A DNA stretch of 64,000 nucleotides from a virus (Duplodnaviria > Caudoviricetes): the IMG/VR virus record IMGVR_UViG_3300032116_000002. One strand, given 5' to 3'. Under the pieces are notes generated by a model, which saw nothing but the letters and a program-made list of their open reading frames with translations, was not told the origin of the DNA and made no database searches. Below are positions 27,711 through 34,222 of the stretch, piece by piece (the first letter of the stretch is position 1; every line of letters starts with the position of its first letter). The position numbers and the translations under genes are program-made.

Positions 27711-27787
27711 TGGCACCCCAGGAAGGATTCGAACCTCCGACTCCTGCGTTCGTAGCACAGTACTCTAGTCCACTGAGTTACTGGGGC
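27711..27787 (-). tRNA. tRNA-Arg(ACG)
   Basis: Loop CTACGAA, CCA. Confidence 0.95.
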
Positions 27788-27796
27788 ATATATTGA

Positions 27797-27872
27797 TGGT
27801 GGGGGCTATGGGAATCGAACCCATTTAATCTACTATGTCATAGTAGCGACTAGCCATTCATACCTAGCCCCT
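27797..27872 (-). tRNA. Atypical tRNA-Val(GAC)-like element
   Basis: Good T-arm, anticodon stem and CCA, but A1:C72 mismatch, weak D-stem and loop ATGACAT. Confidence 0.55.
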
Positions 27873-27946
27873 CGCCGACCCGGGGTTTCCCTCCTTGCAG
27901 TCGGTGAAGTATTTATTGCCCAACACCATTAAAAATAAATACAAAA

Positions 27947-28648
27947 ATGCATATACATATATTTGGTCACAGCATTTGTGCCAGAGCAGGTTGGAAACAT
28001 GACAAACCCGAACCTGATCTATTTGTTGATAGATTAATTAAAAAATATAATATACCTAAATCAAACTATCACGCTGTTAATCAAGGCAGTGAAGAAAGAA
28101 TATTATATTTTTTAAAAAAAGTTAAAAAGATTGACTTGGCGATAATCTTCCATGGCACTCCGCAACATTTCTTTTGTCCTGCGTGGTCTAGTGATTTTCA
28201 TTTAGTAGACCAAGACAAATATTGGGAAAATGATTACCCCAGAGATTTGTATTACATGCCTGAAATACTAAAAGATAAACCAAAAGAACCTAATCCTGAT
28301 ATAATATTAGATAAGAAAAATTATCAAAAATCATATGAAAATTTTGTAAAACACTTTTATACACCTGAATTAAATCGCAATAGACACTATGGCGCATTAA
28401 TTCAAATTGATCAATATTTAAATCACAAAAAAATACATGCAATTCATTGTGTACTAAAAAACACATTACCAACTTGGTTCGAGTTTAGTAATGGTATAGT
28501 AGACAATGAACTTGCAGAGTTGCAAAAACAAAACAGTAAGTTCTATACCGGACCTCAAAACAGCGGCAATTTAATCAGTGAAGAAGGTAATATCTACATT
28601 GCTAACAAACTTACTGATTACATAGAACAATTAACTGGCTGGGGATGA
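27947..28648 (+). CDS. Hypothetical protein, possibly SGNH-like
   Basis: HIFGHSICA N-terminus; ATAAATA just upstream; 3' end overlaps tRNA-Gln on the opposite strand. Confidence 0.7.
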   Translation: MHIHIFGHSICARAGWKHDKPEPDLFVDRLIKKYNIPKSNYHAVNQGSEERILYFLKKVKKIDLAIIFHGTPQHFFCPAWSSDFHLVDQDKYWENDYPRDLYYMPEILKDKPKEPNPDIILDKKNYQKSYENFVKHFYTPELNRNRHYGALIQIDQYLNHKKIHAIHCVLKNTLPTWFEFSNGIVDNELAELQKQNSKFYTGPQNSGNLISEEGNIYIANKLTDYIEQLTGWG

Positions 28649-28711
28649 TGGACTCGAACCACCGAATGTCGGAATCAAAATCCGATGCCTTACCAACTTG
28701 GCGAATCCCCA
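28636..28711 (-). tRNA. tRNA-Gln(UUG)
   Basis: U1:A72, loop TTTTGAT, CCA. Confidence 0.95.
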
Positions 28712-28880
28712 ATTAACTTGGTATTACTTTTGGTATATACGGTACATTTCTAGGACCATGTCTTTGCTCAAATAACATACGTGCTTCCTGTAAATCTTTA
28801 GCATAGACACGATCTTTAATATCACCTTGCGGTGTTCTTACTGTAGTTTCATACATTGGCATAACAAACTCCTTAGAGGT

Positions 28881-28908
28881 AAGAAAAGGTAGCTAAGCTA
28901 CCCTTTTC
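28881..28908 (-). terminator. Intrinsic terminator after pqqA
   Basis: GAAAAGGGTAGC-TTA-GCTACCTTTTCTT. Confidence 0.75.
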
Positions 28909-28932
28909 ATTATGTTGATTGAAAATCACTGA

Positions 28933-29004
28933 TTAGCGATTTGCAATGTACATAGTGATTTCAAAACCAAAACGCATATCAGTTGCACTAGGTGTTGTCC
29001 ACAT
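28933..29004 (-). CDS. pqqA: PQQ precursor peptide (23 aa, not in ORF track)
   Basis: MWTTPSATDMRFGFEITMYIANR with ExxxY core; SD AAAGGAGAG; own terminator. Confidence 0.92.
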   Translation of the reverse strand: MWTTPSATDMRFGFEITMYIANR

Positions 29005-29212
29005 GTTACTCTCCTTTGAATTTAAAATACATGTACTGCACATGTATTTAAGAGATTGTACAACACAAAAATGGTACTGTCTATACGCATAGTATTGAAC
29101 GATAGCTAGTGAAAATCATTAAACTTACCATATAGAAACACATTCCTGGATTGTCGTAAAACCCTCCATAGCCCCGAGCGCCATTATTTTTATATTCGAA
29201 TGTGTTTTTATA

Positions 29213-29288
29213 TGGTAGGGGCACAGAGATTCGAACTCTGGACACACGGATTAAAAGTCCGCTGCTCTACCTACTGAGCTATACCCCC
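29213..29288 (-). tRNA. tRNA-Lys(UUU)
   Basis: Loop CTTTTAA, CCA. Confidence 0.95.
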
Positions 29289-29583
29289 ATCATCTTTCGA
29301 GGTTTGTCGCTTTCCTTATTCATCTTTATCACCTTTATTTCTCATGCTTCTTGTTTTAGCACTTCTTTCTGAGGATTTGACTGCCTCACGAATGAAATGT
29401 CTTTCACGTTCCTTATTAAAACTAAGGATCGCAATAGCCTTTTCTGCTTTCTTTATTTTTACTGCCTTTGGATCGTAACCCATATTAATCTCCTATTTAA
29501 AATTTCTATCAATTAATGCTAACAACCAAATAACTCCGATAATAACTGCCATTGCCCCATTGTAGTTCTCCTTATAGTTATAT

Positions 29584-29667
29584 TGGTGGGGTGTACTGGG
29601 ATCGAACCAGTCATGTCAAAGACGGCGGATTTACAGTCCACTGCATCACCATTGATGCTTCCACCCC
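29584..29667 (-). tRNA. tRNA-Tyr(GUA)
   Basis: Long variable arm, loop CTGTAAA, CCA. Confidence 0.95.
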
Positions 29668-29669
29668 AT

Positions 29670-29875
29670 TTAATGCTCTGACAGACCTCGGAGGTAATTA
29701 TACCGCATCAAGCACCGAGTAGTCTCAGTACCATCACACACGGCCTCCACCCTCTCCACGACAGGTCCCGTTCTCGCATTGCCAGCGCACTTTCGGTTTA
29801 AAGTGTACCACCCGTAGTTGTCATACTACTTCTCATCGTGCGGGTCACACTATCTGCTGACTAAGCAGAACGTTC
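29670..29875 (-). ncRNA. Candidate structured RNA C (~205 nt) between tRNA-Asp and tRNA-Tyr
   Basis: Nested stems TCTGCT/AGCAGA, ACCCG/CGGGT, GTAGT/ACTAC, CACTTT/AAAGTG, GGAGG/CCTCC, CTGAG/CTCGG. Confidence 0.6.
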
Positions 29876-29952
29876 TGGCGACACCAAGGGGGTTCGAACC
29901 CCTGACCTCCGCCGTGACAGGGCGGCATTCTAACCAGCTGAACTATGGTGCC
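29876..29952 (-). tRNA. tRNA-Asp(GUC)
   Basis: Loop CTGTCAC, G73, CCA. Confidence 0.95.
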
Positions 29953-30103
29953 ATTGTTCTACACTCTGCTACTAACTTACTTTTTACAATTGTTAATCTT
30001 TTATTCCAAACATACTCTGCATCTCTACATTCTTTTTCTGTGGCATACTTTGAGTATTGGGTATAGTTGTCAGGAAACTGTAACCAAAATACTAAAATCC
30101 AAG

Positions 30104-30568
30104 TCATCTCACACCCAAATAATGTTTGTTTACATAGCTTTGTATTGCTTGATGACTTACATTACTGATATGCACGCCTGGAGCAACATTACGCCTACCT
30201 GAACTATCAAAGTAATTTCTTGTTTCTATACCATAGACACCATAGTTAACCTGTGCTGTATGATATGCACCAATTGTAACAATAGAGTAGGGCTTATGTT
30301 TTACGTTTTTTAAAACATGTTTAATGCTTTCTGCACCCTTACTATACCCATATAACTGATACTGTTTATTATTTCTATTAATAAACTTTACTGCTAAATG
30401 TGCTTGATTCCAACTATATGTCATTGCACATGCATTCTGCTTTTTTGCATATTGATTAAAGGCACGACTATCAAATAAATCATTGATACCTTTGAAACCA
30501 ATAACGAACTTGTCACAGGCAAAACTGTTCTGTGTTACAAGTAATAAAATAAAAAATAATGTTCTCAT
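30104..30568 (-). CDS. Exported protein, possible minimal alpha/beta hydrolase
   Basis: Signal peptide; GYSKG nucleophile-elbow-like motif. Confidence 0.6.
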   Translation of the reverse strand: MRTLFFILLLVTQNSFACDKFVIGFKGINDLFDSRAFNQYAKKQNACAMTYSWNQAHLAVKFINRNNKQYQLYGYSKGAESIKHVLKNVKHKPYSIVTIGAYHTAQVNYGVYGIETRNYFDSSGRRNVAPGVHISNVSHQAIQSYVNKHYLGVR

Positions 30569-31118
30569 ATTAGTTTTGTAGCCTATACTATATGCCTAAC
30601 TCAACAGCTTTACACGTGTTTACTGTTTATTGTTTCGGTTACATAACGCCTGCGCCAGCCTCTGTGCTTACAGGCTACAAAATTAATATGCTTAGGCCAC
30701 GCTTTTCCACGGTCGCCCCCAAGCTGGAGTTGTTGCCCTGTCCGAACACTAAAGGACCTTTGCCGCGTAGTGTCCACGCTGCTATGTTGTCTGAAACACC
30801 GGAGACACCACATCGAAATGCAGAGTCTATGTTTCGCTAAAGGTGCCATAGCCACCTGGACTTTATCGTATTACCAAACGCTACTTTCAGGAAAGTAGTA
30901 ACCGGAATCTTGCTTCTTTGATTCGGCGAGCTGTCCTACTTCAAGCAGGCTCACACTGGTCGCCCTGAGGTGAAGCACCTCAGTTACTCTAGATTAATAT
31001 TAATGCTAACAAGGACAGGCCTATTACATGATACCGAAGGCATTACTGTATCAAACCCTTGCTAAACTCTTTTCAGAGACAGAACGCACATTTTCTGTTT
31101 TGTTTTTAATCTTCATTT
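30566..31118 (-). ncRNA. Candidate large structured RNA B (~500 nt)
   Basis: Own sigma70 promoter, elevated GC, many hairpins, no credible long ORF, 17-nt core shared with RNA A. Confidence 0.65.
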
Positions 31119-31124
31119 GCCGCT

Positions 31125-31153
31125 AGTATAACAGCAAATCGATTTATTGTCAA
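31125..31153 (-). promoter_or_regulatory. Sigma70-type promoter TTGACA-N17-TATACT
   Basis: Spacer starts ATAAATCG; faces RNA B. Confidence 0.85.
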
Positions 31154-31157
31154 ACTT

Positions 31158-31234
31158 TGGTGCCTGCTCTTGGAATCGAACCAAGCACCCCCGCGTTATC
31201 AACACGGTGCTCTAACCGAATGAGCTAAGCAGGC
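31158..31234 (-). tRNA. tRNA-Ile(GAU)
   Basis: Loop TTGATAA, CCA. Confidence 0.95.
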
Positions 31235-31238
31235 AAAC

Positions 31239-31314
31239 TGGCACACCCAACCGGATTCGAACCGGTGTATTCACCGTGAAAGGGTGATGTCCTAGGCCTC
31301 TAGACGATGGGTGC
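31239..31314 (-). tRNA. tRNA-Glu(UUC)
   Basis: Loop CTTTCAC, G73, CCA. Confidence 0.95.
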
Positions 31315-31348
31315 GTAAAACTGTTAAAGAACTAAAAATAATTCAGAC

Positions 31349-31377
31349 ATTTTATCTCGTTTTGGATTTAATGTCAA
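31349..31377 (-). promoter_or_regulatory. Sigma70-type promoter TTGACA-N17-TAAAAT
   Basis: Read directly; faces tRNA-Glu/Ile. Confidence 0.8.
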
Positions 31378-31386
31378 GTTGTTGTT

Positions 31387-31462
31387 TGGTGGAGGTGACA
31401 GGGATCGAACCTGCGACCTACGGCTTGCAAAGCCGCCGCTCTCCCAACTGAGCTACACCCCC
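31387..31462 (-). tRNA. tRNA-Ala(UGC)
   Basis: G3:U70, loop TTTGCAA, CCA. Confidence 0.96.
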
Positions 31463-31472
31463 AAATTAAATC

Positions 31473-31549
31473 TGGCCTGACCAGAGGGATTCGAACCCCC
31501 GACTTACTGCTTAGAAGGCAGTTACTCTATCCAACTGAGTTATGGTCAG
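31473..31549 (-). tRNA. tRNA-Arg(UCU)
   Basis: Loop CTTCTAA, CCA. Confidence 0.95.
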
Positions 31550-31558
31550 AAAGTAATG

Positions 31559-31587
31559 ATTGTACTATAACTGCGATTATTTGTCAA
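31559..31587 (-). promoter_or_regulatory. Sigma70-type promoter TTGACA-N17-TACAAT
   Basis: Immediately 5' of the first tRNA of the array. Confidence 0.85.
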
Positions 31588-32489
31588 GCCTGAAGAATTG
31601 TATATTTGTCAATTTTCATTTTATCAATTTGTTCCAATATTTTTGTTGCTAAAATTGCATTAGTTTCAGCGGTTAAGTGTATTGGACTTACTCCCCAACG
31701 GTGTCGAGGATCCATATAAACAAATTGATCGTCAAGTTCTACTACTGGTAAATCGCTTCCATGCTTTCTTTTAAAATGCTGAACCATAACATCTAACCAA
31801 CGTAATACATAAGGTCCATTTTTAGGATCATTCATGAATCTGTAGTTGTGATAGAATGGTATGTTTTCTTTTAGATTTATTGTGTACGGAACAATTTTTT
31901 GCTTGCTAATGTAACACTTTGATGCTAGTTTTGTTTTGACTAAAATAATTCTGTCCTGAAACAGTTGTTTCATCTGTACAGCAAAATCAACTAACAACTC
32001 CTTTGTTCTACCCATTACTTCTTCGGTATCAAAATCAAAATAACATTGTGTTTTACTAATAATATCTTTGTTTACCCAATCCACATCTAACAATTTGTGA
32101 AACTGGGGAACCAAACTAAAACATTCATTTTTAGTAATAAACCTTGTGTAAAGTTCATTGCTAAAATTGATCACCATAATGTCTGTAGAAACTACATTTT
32201 CTTTTAGAAATTTATAGTAAGGAAATTTTGTTAATTCAACATAAGCCTGATCATACAAAAAACTTTCATGAGGATGCTCAGGGTATTGCTCTTTCATATA
32301 GGTAAACATACGCTCAGCCATACTACTAGGCTGAGCGTACAGTGACATTAAACTTGTACCATGTGGAGGATACTTGTTTATTAAAACATTCCCACCTGCT
32401 AGGTCATATCTTCTAATTACACTTGGACTATGTAATGAATCCCATAAATCACATGCACCAAAGTGAAAAATTCTAGGTCTTAAAATCAT
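31584..32489 (-). CDS. Hypothetical protein (301 aa)
   Basis: Long ORF coupled to the HNH gene; no family recognised. Confidence 0.75.
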   Translation of the reverse strand: MILRPRIFHFGACDLWDSLHSPSVIRRYDLAGGNVLINKYPPHGTSLMSLYAQPSSMAERMFTYMKEQYPEHPHESFLYDQAYVELTKFPYYKFLKENVVSTDIMVINFSNELYTRFITKNECFSLVPQFHKLLDVDWVNKDIISKTQCYFDFDTEEVMGRTKELLVDFAVQMKQLFQDRIILVKTKLASKCYISKQKIVPYTINLKENIPFYHNYRFMNDPKNGPYVLRWLDVMVQHFKRKHGSDLPVVELDDQFVYMDPRHRWGVSPIHLTAETNAILATKILEQIDKMKIDKYTILQA

Positions 32490-33043
32490 GTAAGAATTCT
32501 ACTATGTTTCGGAACCCCGCTTAATAAGTATTCCATTTGATCCGCAAGAATGTTTCTATTTTGCAAAATCATACTTTCAAAGTGATTAGGTTCATAAGGC
32601 ACATAAAGTAGTTCCATTCTTGCTTCTTTAAGTGTCTTATTATCTTTTTTGTTATTACACGAAACACATGCAGTAACAACATTCATCCATGTATTTACTC
32701 CACCTCTACTTTTGGGTAGGATGTGATCTCGGCTTAAATGATTACTGTTAGAGAAATGCCCTCCGCAGTATGCACATACATGACGGTCACGTCCAAACAA
32801 TGTTTTGTTTGTCAATGCAACTTTGCCGTGTTTAGCCGGATCGAACCCATGTCCTTTGATTGCAATGATACTAGGAGTTTCAATGTAACTCAAACGTCCG
32901 TCATTCTGAATTCCACCATGAAACTTTGCAACAACTTCACCTAGCGACCATGCAACCATATCTTTTGCAAAATATGTGATTGCATTTTCGTGCGAAATCC
33001 ATTGTCTAGGGATTCCGCCGATGTCCAACGCTAGTACCGACAT
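32486..33043 (-). CDS. HNH endonuclease (McrA-like)
   Basis: LFGRDRHVCAYCG..SRDHILPKSRGG...WMNVVTACVSCNNKK. Confidence 0.92.
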   Translation of the reverse strand: MSVLALDIGGIPRQWISHENAITYFAKDMVAWSLGEVVAKFHGGIQNDGRLSYIETPSIIAIKGHGFDPAKHGKVALTNKTLFGRDRHVCAYCGGHFSNSNHLSRDHILPKSRGGVNTWMNVVTACVSCNNKKDNKTLKEARMELLYVPYEPNHFESMILQNRNILADQMEYLLSGVPKHSRILT

Positions 33044-33144
33044 GATTTTCTCCTTAAAAGTTAAATGTATTTAGACACTTTCAAATATAGTACTCATCCT
33101 CTTACATTCGGAGTGTAATGATGTTTCCTCTATGTCAAAAAGTG

Positions 33145-33322
33145 TATGGTAAAGCAAACTGATCCTATGTCATCGGTCATAGGGTTACACATGTTCATCA
33201 ATTTGCTTTATCATTCCCGTTTTACTCTGCTGTTACCGCCAGCACTTTCATCAGGGGCTCCGCCCGTTCGCAGCATGTTTACAGTGCGCTGCTGAGACCT
33301 CGTTTCTCTCACACCTAAACGT
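33145..33322 (-). ncRNA. Candidate structured RNA D (~180 nt)
   Basis: Follows a TTGACA-N18-TAGAAT promoter; 14-bp terminal stem with a G:U pair on the minus strand plus inner hairpins. Confidence 0.55.
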
Positions 33323-33328
33323 GTTAAG

Positions 33329-33358
33329 ATTCTAACACGGTATTGTCTTTATTGTCAA
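33329..33358 (-). promoter_or_regulatory. Sigma70-type promoter TTGACA-N18-TAGAAT
   Basis: Read directly. Confidence 0.7.
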
Positions 33359-33490
33359 CCTTTTCGCTAAAACCATAGAATTCTCTAATCCTTTCAAACT
33401 TTTCAGTTATCAATTTGTTAAGTTGTTCTTCTGATAATATATGGTTGTCAATATTATCTTTTTGATAATTCATTTTTTTCTCCATATAAC

Positions 33491-33561
33491 AAAAAACCCT
33501 GGGACTTTTTCAGTACCAGGGTTTAGATAATCTTACTATGAAACTTTACTTACCTAAACCC
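33491..33561 (-). promoter_or_regulatory. Attenuator: mutually exclusive terminator and antiterminator
   Basis: Terminator AAACCCUGG(33524-33516)/CCAGGGUUU(33502-33494)+U-run; GGGUUUAGGU(33561-33552) can pair with AUCUAAACCC(33528-33519). Confidence 0.75.
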
Positions 33562-33674
33562 CCCAAGCCCTCAATAATATTGCGATCACTTGTTAAGGCA
33601 TAAAACCCTACAGGTGACCAAACCATTAGTGTTGGCTGATTAAAGGATATATGTTTACAAGTTAAGTTTCTCAT
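33546..33674 (-). CDS. Putative leader peptide (42 aa) containing all 20 amino acids
   Basis: MRNLTCKHISFNQPTLMVWSPVGFYALTSDRNIIEGLGGLGK; ATG at 33674 lies downstream of the promoter, the track start at 33731 does not. Confidence 0.7.
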   Translation of the reverse strand: MRNLTCKHISFNQPTLMVWSPVGFYALTSDRNIIEGLGGLGK

Positions 33675-33702
33675 AGTAAATCTATTTAGTCCTGATGATA
33701 AT

Positions 33703-33731
33703 ATTGTACTATTTATCGCATTAAAATGCAA
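33703..33731 (-). promoter_or_regulatory. Sigma70-type promoter TTGCAT-N17-TACAAT with embedded late-type ATAAATA
   Basis: CTTGCATTTTAATGCGATAAATAGTACAAT on the minus strand. Confidence 0.7.
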
Positions 33732-33746
33732 GTTTTCATTTGCCCA

Positions 33747-33935
33747 TTAATTCTTTTTAAAACTAGAACACATCATCTCAAAATCCTGTTGTCTGGACTG
33801 GATTTGACTATATGACGCTTTTGGGTTTCGTTCTCTGTACGAAGTTTTTTCTTTTTCAATACATTCGTTGTATGGATCGGAGCATCCCGCCAATGACATT
33901 AAAATTAACAATCCAATTAATATTGCTTGTAACAT
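33747..33935 (-). CDS. Small lipoprotein
   Basis: Hydrophobic signal and lipobox LAG-C. Confidence 0.75.
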   Translation of the reverse strand: MLQAILIGLLILMSLAGCSDPYNECIEKEKTSYRERNPKASYSQIQSRQQDFEMMCSSFKKN

Positions 33936-33943
33936 AATTTCTC

Positions 33944-34198
33944 CTACTCAATTACCCATGGCCTAAAAGTTGTGTCTATTTTAATAGGCTTTTTGGGCTT
34001 CTCATGATTATTTATGACAACAACTTCGGGAATTTCATTGTTATAAAGTACAGAAAAACCAGTAAACTGATTGTCCTTAATGTTTGCTGTTATTTTCTGT
34101 ACAGTTTTGCCAGTTTTATCTTCTACGTATTGTTTTAATATACCTTCAACTAGTTCCTTTGTGAGGGTGGAAGTACTCTCAATGACTATATCATCCAT
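33944..34198 (-). CDS. Hypothetical protein
   Basis: SD GGAG. Confidence 0.65.
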   Translation of the reverse strand: MDDIVIESTSTLTKELVEGILKQYVEDKTGKTVQKITANIKDNQFTGFSVLYNNEIPEVVVINNHEKPKKPIKIDTTFRPWVIE

Positions 34199-34222
34199 AT
34201 ATTTCTCCGTTATTAAGTGTAC

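Noticed and set aside
19969-27755. Track ORFs overlapping tRNAs (19969, 19984, 20399, 20572, 20930, 21570, 22101, 24118, 26265, 27489)
   Set aside because: They are translations of tRNA or ncRNA sequence or of the opposite strand of real genes.
27873-27912. Resemblance to a ZTP riboswitch (GACUG...GGGAAACC)
   Set aside because: The 3' GCCGACCGUCUGGGC-type pseudoknot element is missing.
30592-30855. Two overlapping ORFs (+82 aa, -81 aa)
   Set aside because: Opposite strands over the same hairpin-rich region, no SD, no recognisable motifs; better explained as RNA B.
33240-33265. CUGAUGA as a hammerhead ribozyme core in RNA D
   Set aside because: The required GAAA after stem II is absent (GAGUAAAC instead) and stems I/III could not be built.
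33675-33731. 61-aa track version of the leader ORF
   Set aside because: Its start lies within the -35 element of the promoter; ATG 33674 is the first in-frame start that could be transcribed.
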